Positions 1 to 8,612 of a stretch of DNA of 32,000 nucleotides are shown here, in pieces. A model generated the notes under the pieces. That model had not been told where the DNA came from. It searched no databases and worked only from the letters and a program-made list of their open reading frames with translations. Position 1 is the stretch's first letter. Each line of letters opens with the position of its first letter. Source of the DNA: an uncultured archaeon (GTDB lineage: Archaea; Asgardarchaeota; Jordiarchaeia; Jordiarchaeales; Jordiarchaeaceae). The translations under genes were made by a program, and so were the position numbers. The stretch is taken from positions 1 to 32,000 of the forward strand of contig CAZECW010000038.1 in the NCBI GenBank assembly GCA_964510585.1, written 5' to 3'.

Positions 1-784
1 TTCAGATTCTTTTCATCGGCGGTTAATGTTTTTATCTTAACTGTTCTAAAATTTTATACCGGTAGGACTTACGCGGTTAGTCGGGTGTTTGTTTGGGTCT
101 TGTGGTGGATTTGACTTTTTAGCCTAATTTTTCTATTTTAATCTTTTTTTGTCATTTTTGGGAAATGGGAACAAAAAACCACATGTTCAAAATGCACTCC
201 TGTTTGCGGGGCCTGTTTTTGTGGCTGCTTTGGGGAAAACATTTTGCAACATTTTTAATCACATTTTGTAAAAATTTGGTTCAGAAAAGTTTTTTTGTGG
301 GGGGGACTCGGGCAGGGCACAACAAAACAGACCAGCAATGCCGGGGTGTTTTTTAAGCATGTGGAAAAATTCTGGTTTTTACCGATTCAGCGTTAAAAAA
401 TGAGAGTTCAACATTACCCACAGGTGCAATCCGCTCATAAGGCAACTTTCAACTGCGTAACTCCTAACTGGTTTTAAGAAATTCAGAGCAGAGATTTACA
501 ATATCTCTTACCCTGTGATAAACGTTTTCTGCATATTCTCTTCCGAAAGCCTCTCTGGCTGGTATTCCTTCTATTTCGTAGCCATAGAGCGCGGGTCCCC
601 TAACTCTAGCTAGTTCTGCTGAGAGTTCTACGATATCTTGAAGTTTTTCTTTCAGATAGTTTGGTAGTCGGTTTCCAACTTGTACAAAGACGCCGCTTAC
701 GTCATGTTCCTTTGGGTACTCAACTGTTAGGTATCTTAGGACAGCTTTTATCGCTAGTTCGAGGGCTTCCTGTGATCTTCTTAC

Positions 785-1064
785 AAAACCTTGGTGAGAA
801 AGCCCCCGACTTCAAGTCGTGGGGATGAATCGCCAAAAAAGCTTATTTGAAAGTAGGGTATGTAAATAGTTGTTGGTAGCTGAAGGGTTTGGCTTGGGCT
901 CAAGGAGGCTAAACAAGACGCAGCCCCCATGAGGGTGCCAACATAGACGCCGTTCCCTTTGAGGGAAGGGCGTGCTAACTGGGTGATGGCACACCCATTG
1001 CTTCCTAAGGCTCCCGATGAGCCAGAAGCAAGAATCTCCCGACTTTAGTCGCGGAGAGTGTCAA
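785..1064 (+). mobile_element. Non-autonomous (ORF-less) IS200/IS605-family element, IS608-type ends (PATE/MITE-like)
   Basis: Inserted immediately 3' of TTAC (781-784) and ends in TCAA (1061-1064), with no target duplication. Left hairpin CCCCCGAC-TTCAA-GTCG(T)GGGG (803-824) is preceded by AAAG (799-802). Right hairpin CTCCCGAC-TTTA-GTCG(C)GGAG (1036-1056) is preceded by GAAT (1032-1035). Precise removal restores the HEPN frame. Confidence 0.92.
900..1064 (+). ncRNA. Putative TnpB omegaRNA/reRNA-like scaffold at the element right end (5' boundary approximate)
   Basis: Several stems precede the right-end hairpin: ACGCC-G-TTCCCT/TTG/AGGGAA-G-GGCGT (947-973) and TGGGTG/ATGGCA/CACCCA (980-997). 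The position matches where IS605-family TnpB guide scaffolds lie. There is no expression evidence. Confidence 0.45.
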
Positions 1065-1159
1065 AACTCCTGCGTAGTCCTTTTCTGATGAGGCTAGTTC
1101 TGCTTCCCTTAGGCATCTTTGTGCTCTGAAAATATGGTCGGAAGCCATTTTTGTATTTT

Positions 1160-1667
1160 TCAAATCTCAACTACCTTGAGGGTTTAGCGTCTGGTTTGAG
1201 AATCCAGTAGTGGCCCCTTTCAGTTTTGATTTTTTTAGCCCCCAATTGTTTCAGCTTTTCGGACAGTTTTTCTAGGATGCCCTTAAGGAAGTTATCTCTA
1301 TCGTAAAGGATCACTCCGTCGTCTATTATATCAAGAAGGATGGGGGATGTGTTTCCACTTCTTGAGGTGTGAAGAATATGTCTGAAATTAAACAGTTTCT
1401 TCCAAGTTTTCTAAGTACCTGGTAAGATTCAGTTTCTCTAAGCTTGATGTGAATCCAGTTCGTTTCCCTGAATCTTAATCCCACATCTCGTGGAAGATCC
1501 TCAGCAACGACTAAAACATCTATATCACTTCTAGGCGTAGCCTCCCCCCGAGCGACTGAGCCGAATAGACACACTGACCTCAACCGGTTCCCAAAGTGTG
1601 AAAGAATGTATGAAACATAATCTTTCAAAAGTCCAAGGTACTCCACAGAAATCCTACCATCAAACAT
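1160..1667 (-). pseudogene. MNT-family minimal nucleotidyltransferase (antitoxin type), with two apparent single-base deletions
   Basis: Carries the GSVARGEATPRSDIDV (GSx10DxD) motif. The ORF stops at 1326 after HPP, but adding one C to the C5 run (G5 at 1342-1346 on +) continues as ILLDIIDDGVILYDRDNFLKGILEKL...HYWILKPDAKP. A second +1 gives ...VVEI* with TGA at 1162-1160, overlapping the HEPN TTG by 4 nt. Could be sequencing indels. Confidence 0.8.
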
Positions 1668-2040
1668 CAAAACACTTCCACATTACAATTTGGAATAAAA
1701 TAATTATAAACATTTAGAGAAAAGCCGGAAAAAAGACAACCCACAAGAAATGCGATTGCCCCACTATCCAACAAATCAAATTGACAATGTTAATTTTATT
1801 TCCTAACCATTCTTCTGCACCCCTTTTTACCTTGGGAAAATGGCTCCGCTGTTTTTGGTAATTCTGGGAAGAGAACAAACCTAATAATATTCGTCAAGTG
1901 TTAAATAAATCATCAATATGTGGCACCAAAGGTAATCAAAAATGAAGACAAATAAAATAGCCAAAAATTAGGTACAAATACTCTCAGATTGGCAATTAAT
2001 CAGTAAAAAGACTATGATAGGGCCAGTAACTTTTTTGGCG

Positions 2041-2053
2041 AAAAGTTTTATAT
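2041..2053 (+). promoter_or_regulatory. Putative archaeal BRE/TATA element for the 2102 gene
   Basis: AAAAGTTTTATAT lies about 50 nt upstream of the start; GGGGAG SD-like motif just before TTG 2102. Confidence 0.4.
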
Positions 2054-2101
2054 TGGGAACGAATCTCCTTAGATTCAAAGAATTCTAGGGGAGAATAAGA
2101 A

Positions 2102-4084
2102 TTGGTCAAAATAGATGAAATTAAGAAGGTTGCCGTGTTGGGCGCTGGAGTTATGGGTCACGGAATAGCAGAACTCGCAGCCCTTGCCGGCTTTGAGACT
2201 TACCTTAGAGACATAAACCAGGAGCTTGTTGACAAAGGAATGGGCATGATCAAAAAAAGCCTAGAAAAATTCGCTGAGAAAAAGAGAATCACCCAAGAGA
2301 TGATGGATCAGAGTTTGAAGAGGCTGCATGGCGTTGTGGATTTTGATGAGGCTGTTAAGGGTGCAGACTTTGTAATTGAAGCCATTCCAGAAGTCATGGA
2401 TCTTAAGAAAAAGACTTTTAAAGAACTTGACGAGAAGACTCCAAAACACGCCATCCTTGCAACCAATACCAGCACGCTTCCCATATCGGAAATCGCTAGT
2501 GCAACTAATCGACCTGAGAAAGTTATAGGAATGCACTTCTTCAATCCTCCGCCACTTATGCCACTGGTGGAAATAATTCGGGGAGACAAGACCGATGACG
2601 AAACAACCCAGACCACAGTTGAAATGGCAAAGAAAATGGGCAAAATGGTTGTTGTCTGCAGAAAGGATGTTCCAGGATTCATAGTAAACAGGCTCCTAGG
2701 ACCACTGCTGGCAGAAGCTGCAAGAACAGTGGAGCGGGGAGAAGCCACAGTGGAGGAAATCGACTCCGCCCTAGCCTACAAGGTTGGGTTACCAATGGGT
2801 GTCTTCCTAGTGGCGGACTATAGCGGCATAGACACAATAGTTAAGGCTTCGGAGGAAACAAAGAAGAGAGACCCCATGGCTCCTGGACCCCAGAAACTCT
2901 TCGTAGAAAAAGCCAGTAAAGGAGAGTATGGATGGAAGGCTGGGAAGGGATTCTACGACTGGAGTAAGGGCCGCCCATCAATACCGGCTGGTGTAGGAGA
3001 AAAGTTTGACCCCGTACCACTCTTCGCCCCCGTAGTTAACGCCGCAGCGTGGCTTATTAGAAATGACGTTGCAGACCCCCAGGACATAGATATGGGAGTC
3101 AAGTTGGGACTAGGTTATCCCAAGGGTCTCTGCGAGTTGGCTGACGAGTGGGGAATCGATCGCATAGTCAACATTCTAAAAGAGAAGGAAGCCAAGTATG
3201 GAGACTACTACAAGGTTGACCCCCTACTGACCGAGATGGTAAATAAAGGACATACTGGCGTTAAGGCTGGAAAAGGCTTCTACGACTATGCAGGTGCAGG
3301 ATACACATACAAGGCAACAATCTTTAAGAGAGAGCCTCCACTGGCGTGGCTAATCTTTAACAGGCCGCAGAGGTTAAACGCCATAAATGCTGACCTCACA
3401 GCAGATTTAGACCACTGCTTAACCGAACTGTGGGACGATGAAGAAGTAAGGGTTCTGATAATTACTGGTGCTGGTGATAGGGCCTTTTGTGCAGGGGCGG
3501 ACATTACGGGATTTAAGGGTGGAACACCAAACCTGGGTTTTGAGGCCACTCGAAGGCTGCAAATGGTCACCACCCGCATGGAGAAGTTTCCAAAACCCAT
3601 AATAGCGGCTCTCAACGGTTTTGCTTTAGGCGGCGGACTGGAAATTGCTATGGCTTGCGACTTCAGACTTGCAAAGGAAGGAACATTTGTGGGGCAACCC
3701 GAAATACTCTTGGGAATAATACCCGGAGCAGGTGGAACCCAGAGGCTTTCCAAATATGTGGGCTTAGGCAGAGCAAAAGAAATGGTTATGCTGGGAGACC
3801 GGGTAAGCGTGGAAGAGGCTCAGAAAATGGGCCTAATTAACAAAGTATTTCCCGCAGACAAGTTTGAGGAAGAAGTCAAAAACTTTGCAAACAGACTCGC
3901 CGCAGGTCCACCAATCGCCTTGAAGATGGCCAAGTACGCCATAAACTACGGAACAGAGGTGCCTCTGGACATTGGACTACTGGTAGAGTCAGGGGTCTTC
4001 GGCGTTCTCTTCGGAACAGAAGACATGGTAGAAGGCACCACCGCGTTCCTAGAAAAAAGATTTCCCAAATTCAAAGGAAAGTAA
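2102..4084 (+). CDS. Bifunctional 3-hydroxyacyl-CoA dehydrogenase / enoyl-CoA hydratase (archaeal order: dehydrogenase N-terminal, crotonase C-terminal)
   Basis: N-terminal VAVLGAGVMGHGIA Rossmann motif, ATNTSTL and GMHFFNPP catalytic segments. C-terminal crotonase with GGGLE and GQPE catalytic glutamates. Confidence 0.95.
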   Translation: MVKIDEIKKVAVLGAGVMGHGIAELAALAGFETYLRDINQELVDKGMGMIKKSLEKFAEKKRITQEMMDQSLKRLHGVVDFDEAVKGADFVIEAIPEVMDLKKKTFKELDEKTPKHAILATNTSTLPISEIASATNRPEKVIGMHFFNPPPLMPLVEIIRGDKTDDETTQTTVEMAKKMGKMVVVCRKDVPGFIVNRLLGPLLAEAARTVERGEATVEEIDSALAYKVGLPMGVFLVADYSGIDTIVKASEETKKRDPMAPGPQKLFVEKASKGEYGWKAGKGFYDWSKGRPSIPAGVGEKFDPVPLFAPVVNAAAWLIRNDVADPQDIDMGVKLGLGYPKGLCELADEWGIDRIVNILKEKEAKYGDYYKVDPLLTEMVNKGHTGVKAGKGFYDYAGAGYTYKATIFKREPPLAWLIFNRPQRLNAINADLTADLDHCLTELWDDEEVRVLIITGAGDRAFCAGADITGFKGGTPNLGFEATRRLQMVTTRMEKFPKPIIAALNGFALGGGLEIAMACDFRLAKEGTFVGQPEILLGIIPGAGGTQRLSKYVGLGRAKEMVMLGDRVSVEEAQKMGLINKVFPADKFEEEVKNFANRLAAGPPIALKMAKYAINYGTEVPLDIGLLVESGVFGVLFGTEDMVEGTTAFLEKRFPKFKGK

Positions 4085-4090
4085 AAACCT

Positions 4091-4133
4091 CACCCCTTCC
4101 CTCCTCTTTTTTATCAACTTTAATTTTTTATTT
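4091..4133 (+). terminator. Pyrimidine tract / oligo-T archaeal-type terminator candidate
   Basis: C/T-rich tract with T6 runs at 4107-4112 and 4124-4129, right after the 4084 stop. Confidence 0.4.
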
Positions 4134-4388
4134 GTTTAAATCATTGCTTCGCTTATGTAGATCCGTTCAATTCCTCCTCCAAGAGGAGCGTTCAATAGAC
4201 CTCCTTTATCCATCTGGAGCCCAAAAAAAATGGATGAGTCGGACTAATCTACATCGCTACTGACATTGATTTCTATCTTGCTGGCTTCTGTAAAAAGTTT
4301 TTTAAGAGATTTCTAAGAGAAGTATTGTTTAAGTATTGTCATTTAACTATTCAGGTTTTCTTAAATATGGTGTTTTTGAGGCGGTTTT

Positions 4389-4907
4389 GTGTCAAGAGAG
4401 GAGCTTAAAAAGCTGATTTTGAAGAAGGGAGTTATTACTGGTAAACCCATAATTCTTTCAAGTACCCGTATGAGCACCTATTACTTCAACTTGAGGCCCA
4501 TAGCTTTGGACCCTGTGGGCTGCAAAATGATTGCTGACGTTATGATTCCCAAAATTAAACAGTATGAGGCTGACTGTGTGGGTGGCACCGAGGATAGTTC
4601 ACTTCCCATTATTTCAATAATTTGTGCTCTGGGTGGGATTCCCGGTTTCTATGTGCGGAAGCAAACTCAAAAGTATGGTTTAAGAGAGCTAATTGAGGGC
4701 AACCTAGGGAATGTTGCAGTCTTGGTGGACGATGTAGCCACAAGTGGGGAGTCACTCCTCCACGTGGCTAAAACTGTAAGGGAAGCTGGGTGCAAGGTGG
4801 AACACAGCATAACCATTGTTGACTTGTTAGAGGGAGCCAAAGAGAGGCTGGCGTCGCATGGCATTAAACACGAATCCATTTTTGACCGGGACGACTTCAA
4901 ACTCTAA
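4389..4907 (+). CDS. pyrE: Orotate phosphoribosyltransferase (archaeal short type; could be a paralogue)
   Basis: LSSTRMSTYYFNLR N-terminal motif, YVRKQTQKYG flexible loop and VLVDDVATSGES PRPP-binding motif. Confidence 0.8.
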   Translation: MSREELKKLILKKGVITGKPIILSSTRMSTYYFNLRPIALDPVGCKMIADVMIPKIKQYEADCVGGTEDSSLPIISIICALGGIPGFYVRKQTQKYGLRELIEGNLGNVAVLVDDVATSGESLLHVAKTVREAGCKVEHSITIVDLLEGAKERLASHGIKHESIFDRDDFKL

Positions 4908-4972
4908 AGCCGCAATTTTTAACATCAAACCACATTTTTGCCGCTACCCTTTCTAATTATTTTGGAGGTTTT

Positions 4973-6040
4973 TTGGTGAGGTCTTATCTTGATGAGGTTG
5001 ACTTTGAAACCATAAAGCAGCGCTTCGACGCCTTTTGGGATAGGGAAATTCTGGATAGGCCCATGATTTATATAACTGCTCCTAAAGACCCTCCCAATCT
5101 TTGGGATTTTCCGGTTCCCAAAAGTGTGGAGGAAAAGTGGACAAACATAGATTATGTTCTGTACAAGGTGGAGTTGGGCTTCGAAAACACCATCTATATG
5201 GGTGACGCAATCCCCTACTATATGCCTAATATTGGTCCGGATTCTTTTACTGCTTTTCTGGGTGGGAGACTGGTATTTAGGGATGAGGGAACCTCTTGGG
5301 CGGAACCCTTTCTTGAGGATTTGTCAAGCTATGATCCTGTTCTGAGGGAGGATAATTATTGGTGGAATTTTATGTGTCAACTAATTGATGTGGTTTGTGA
5401 GGTTGCGGAGGGCAATTTTTTGGTGGGAATACCTGATCTTCACTATGGTGGCGATTCTCTGGTTGCCACATTTGGTGCTCAGAGGATAATGAAAAGCCTT
5501 TTTAGGGAGCCTGAGGAGGTGCGTAGGCTAGTGGAAAAATTGGCGGACATATGTCTCACTATTTTCAACCATTACTATGATAGAATTTCGAGGGTGCAGA
5601 AGGGTTCCATCACTTGGATTCCAGCATATTCTAGGGGGAAGTATTTTGCTTTGCAGGATGATTTTTCGGGTCTGGTTTCCCCAAAAATGTTCCAAGAATT
5701 TTTCCTCAAACAGCAGGAAAAAATTTCCAAGCAGCTTGACAACTCCATTTTCCACCTAGACGGGCCCATGGCTCTTGGAAACTTGGGCTTCCTTCTGGAG
5801 ATAGAATCGCTTGATGGTATCCAATGGGTTCCCGGTGTGGGTAAGCCCATGTCGGATTGGCTCCATGTATGTAGACGTATTCAAGACGCTGGGAAATGCC
5901 TTCAAATTGACTGTGAACCCCACGAGGTGGAATTCCTACTATCCAAACTTAAACACGAAGGCCTTCTCCTCTGCACCTACTGCACATCAAGAAAAGAAGC
6001 CCAAGACGTTCTAAAAATTGTGGAACGGTACTCTAGGTAG
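4973..6040 (+). CDS. URO-D/MetE-like TIM-barrel protein (methyltransferase-like family of unknown function)
   Basis: AFWxREILDRP, GDAIP, NIGPDSFTAFLGG, PDLHYGGD, QDDFSGLVSP and FHLDG motifs match the family I recall from anaerobes. 355 aa with TTG start and GGAGG SD. Confidence 0.6.
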   Translation: MVRSYLDEVDFETIKQRFDAFWDREILDRPMIYITAPKDPPNLWDFPVPKSVEEKWTNIDYVLYKVELGFENTIYMGDAIPYYMPNIGPDSFTAFLGGRLVFRDEGTSWAEPFLEDLSSYDPVLREDNYWWNFMCQLIDVVCEVAEGNFLVGIPDLHYGGDSLVATFGAQRIMKSLFREPEEVRRLVEKLADICLTIFNHYYDRISRVQKGSITWIPAYSRGKYFALQDDFSGLVSPKMFQEFFLKQQEKISKQLDNSIFHLDGPMALGNLGFLLEIESLDGIQWVPGVGKPMSDWLHVCRRIQDAGKCLQIDCEPHEVEFLLSKLKHEGLLLCTYCTSRKEAQDVLKIVERYSR

Positions 6041-6060
6041 CCATCAGTTTAGCCGTCGAT

Positions 6061-7452
6061 TCACCTCTTCACCTTTTTCATCTCTTTCAGAATTATTTCT
6101 GAACAGTTAATTGCGCTCTCCGCTGCTAGTTCTGTTCCTATTCCCCAGCCCCCAGCGTCCCCGCCCACAAGGTACAATCCCTTTATAGGAAGCGCTGATT
6201 TGGGTCTGTTAACTCCCGACTGGTCGGCATTTTGCGCGATTCCCACCACTGTAGCTTCCTTTCCACCCAATAGTTCAATGTCTTTGGGGGTGGTAATGTC
6301 CCGCCACAATAAATTCTTTGAGAGTCCCGGAAACATTCTTTCCAGGTTTTCCATGGCATTATTGATCCATTTCTCCCTGTTTTTGTCAAAGCTTTCCCGA
6401 GGCACAGCGGTTCCCGCTATAATTAGCTGTTTACCCTTGGGTGCCAGGTTGGGATCGTAGTTTGAAGGCACTATAACCATCAAGTCCACCTCATCTGGAA
6501 CCTTGCCCTCCACTATTGCTCTAAACTTTTCTTCTGGATCCTCGAAAGTCATGGAGTTAACTATCTTGTAATGGGTTACTGGCTCCCTCAACGCCAGTTT
6601 GACTGTGAAGGCACTCATAGAATATCTGAGTCCATCCACATACTCCAAATAATCCTTCTCAAAATGTTTTCTGCCAACCAGATTGTTCACGGTTTCCCTT
6701 ATTCCCGCATTACTAACCACTAATCCAGAGGAAACAAATTCACCGTTATCCAGCTCCACACCCTGCACCCGGCCATTCTCAACCACAATCTTTTGGGCTG
6801 AAATCCCGGTTCTCACTTCCCCTCCAAATTTGGTTATGCCCTGAACATATGCCCTTGGGATGGATATGCACCCCCCTTTGGGATAGCCTGTGCTCATATC
6901 TTTTGCCAGGGAAGACATGCACCTCACAAATTCTCCAGCCGAAGCTTCATGGTAGGGAACCACAAAGTACATGGTGCAAATGCCGTTAAAGAATGAGTGA
7001 ACCAAAATGTTATCTGTATACTGGGATAACCAAGATTTCAAACTAACACCATCAAGTTTATGGGTGTCCTCAATCCGCATCAACTCACCCAGCAGCCTAA
7101 TGAGCTCCCGATAGTCCGATTCTGGAACCAGCTTCTCAAGCTCTCTGGGAAACTTCCAAAACTTGCCCCCATAAAACTGCGCCGGACCCGGATTTCGAGC
7201 CAAAACCCATTCCACAGCATCCTCCATATGCATCATTCTCAGAACAGCGCCCAGAGGACCCTTACCCGACCTTCCAAAGGTGTGAACACCCACATCCACC
7301 TTGAAACCTTCCCTTTCATAACTTGTGCAGCGCCCACCAACAACCCCATTCTTCTCCACCAGAAGAGTTTTCAAACCATTAAAGGCCAAAATACCTCCAA
7401 TAGCTGTGCCCCCAATGCCGCCACCAACAACCACCACATCATAACCAGACAT
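6061..7452 (-). CDS. FAD-dependent oxidoreductase, phytoene desaturase/CrtI-retinol saturase superfamily
   Basis: YDVVVVGGGIGG...VEKNGVVGGRCTSYEREGFKVDVGVH dinucleotide-binding start and C-terminal IKGLYLVGGDAGGWGIG. Start is placed at ATG 7452 rather than 7491 because of a GGGGTG SD-like motif. Confidence 0.8.
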   Translation of the reverse strand: MSGYDVVVVGGGIGGTAIGGILAFNGLKTLLVEKNGVVGGRCTSYEREGFKVDVGVHTFGRSGKGPLGAVLRMMHMEDAVEWVLARNPGPAQFYGGKFWKFPRELEKLVPESDYRELIRLLGELMRIEDTHKLDGVSLKSWLSQYTDNILVHSFFNGICTMYFVVPYHEASAGEFVRCMSSLAKDMSTGYPKGGCISIPRAYVQGITKFGGEVRTGISAQKIVVENGRVQGVELDNGEFVSSGLVVSNAGIRETVNNLVGRKHFEKDYLEYVDGLRYSMSAFTVKLALREPVTHYKIVNSMTFEDPEEKFRAIVEGKVPDEVDLMVIVPSNYDPNLAPKGKQLIIAGTAVPRESFDKNREKWINNAMENLERMFPGLSKNLLWRDITTPKDIELLGGKEATVVGIAQNADQSGVNRPKSALPIKGLYLVGGDAGGWGIGTELAAESAINCSEIILKEMKKVKR

Positions 7453-7666
7453 CTCAAAAAACACCCCTAAAAAGCCCAAAAATTGCTCCATTTAAACTAA
7501 ACCTATATTCCCCAACCAATTAAGTTTAACGCACCAAAAATCTTTCCCACTAAAAAATGAGCAGTGCTCCCTCCTAATTCCCTCCAAATTTACCACTTTC
7601 TTTTTATACTTCAACCAATCCAGAATCCATTCAAATCATCCAAAAAAGAATTAGAGAGGTGTTTCT

Positions 7667-8488
7667 ATGCCTTATAAAAACATTATTTATGAGAAGGATG
7701 GACATGTTGTAACTATTACTCTTAACCGTCCAGAAGTCCATAATGCTCTTAATTGGGAAACGGCCCAGGAGCTCCACAAGGCCTGGCAAACATTTAGAGA
7801 CGATGATGACGCCTATGTAGCCATAATGACTGGGGCAGGAGACAAGGCCTTCTGCAGCGGCTGGGACTTAAGAGACGCAGCTTTCCAAACCGGTGTACTT
7901 GAGGAACTCAAAGACTTTGACAAGTACCGAGTTCACCTATATAATTCACCCGGACCCTGCGGCTACACTCGCCGTTTAGATATTTTCAAGCCCACTATAG
8001 GAGCCATTAATGGCTACTGTTTCGCCGCTGGCTTTGAAACCGCCCTCACCCTCGACATCCGCATAGCCTCTGAGAATGCCGAGTTCGGCATGCTTGAGCG
8101 AAGGTGGAACATTGTTTTTGCCGACGGAGGAGCAGTAAGGCTTCCCCTAATAGTTGGGTTCGCAAAGGCTCTGGAGCTGGCCATCACGGGACGCCGTTTT
8201 GGGGCTCAGGAGGCTCTAAGTATGGGATTGGTTTCAGAGGTGGTGCCTCAAAACCGGCTTATGGATAGGGCTCGTGAACTCGCTGAGTCCATCTGTGAAC
8301 TTCCCCAGGGGGCAATTCGCTCAGACAAGGAGGCCATAATAAGAGGAATAGGGCGTCCCCTAGAGGAGGCTCTGCGCATCGAGGCAGAAATGGCAATGTC
8401 TATGCTTATGAGAAGTGACTCCTTCAGCGAGGGAGCAAGGGCCTTCTTAGAGAAACGTAAGCCAGAATGGAAAAAACACGGACTATAA
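7667..8488 (+). CDS. Enoyl-CoA hydratase/isomerase (crotonase)
   Basis: ITLNRPEVHNAL, AFCSGWDL, AAGFE and LERRW...DGGAVRLP motifs, ending FLEKRKPEW. Confidence 0.92.
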   Translation: MPYKNIIYEKDGHVVTITLNRPEVHNALNWETAQELHKAWQTFRDDDDAYVAIMTGAGDKAFCSGWDLRDAAFQTGVLEELKDFDKYRVHLYNSPGPCGYTRRLDIFKPTIGAINGYCFAAGFETALTLDIRIASENAEFGMLERRWNIVFADGGAVRLPLIVGFAKALELAITGRRFGAQEALSMGLVSEVVPQNRLMDRARELAESICELPQGAIRSDKEAIIRGIGRPLEEALRIEAEMAMSMLMRSDSFSEGARAFLEKRKPEWKKHGL

Positions 8489-8612
8489 AAAGTAATAATC
8501 TTGAGGAAAACCCAAACTATGATATGTGAAGAAGTTGACTCACAAAAAGAATGTGAGGTTTATTATTGTTTTATTTCGTTTTGTTAGATTCTCTTTTAAT
8601 GGAGGTGTATTT

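Larger units (their letters stand above)
464..1163 (-). pseudogene. HEPN-domain protein (MNT-HEPN toxin type), interrupted by a 280-bp insertion
   Basis: Minus strand TTG at 1163 reads MKNTKMASDHIFRAQRCLREAELASSEKDYAGV, then breaks. It resumes at 784 as VRRSQEALELAIKAVLRYLTVEYPKEHDVSG...RGPALYG...EFLKTS* (TAG 466-464). Deleting 785-1064 gives a 420-nt, 139-aa intact ORF with the SQEAxELxxKA and PKxHD motifs typical of small HEPN proteins. It lies directly downstream of an MNT gene. Confidence 0.9.

Noticed and set aside
1-60. Possible start of a minus-strand gene running off the window (VKIKTLTADEKNL)
   Set aside because: No start codon after the upstream in-frame stop and too short to assign.
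165-356. 63-aa ORF
   Set aside because: Low-complexity T-rich intergenic sequence, no SD or family motif.
812-994. 60-aa minus-strand ORF as a tnpA/tnpB remnant
   Set aside because: No HUH or RuvC motif; it simply spans the non-coding element.
785-1064. Insert as a self-splicing IStron or archaeal BHB intron that would restore HEPN mRNA
   Set aside because: The element is antisense to HEPN, is too short for a group I core, and I found no bulge-helix-bulge pairing at the exon junctions.
4389-4907. pyrE as part of the lipid pathway
   Set aside because: Housekeeping-type gene with no sequence feature linking it to acyl-CoA metabolism.
8526-8612. N-terminal extension of the ACAD in the ORF track (likewise 7453-7491, 15241-15258, 18830-18892, 30113-30163)
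   Set aside because: These stretches are promoter/SD sequence; better starts with SD motifs lie downstream.
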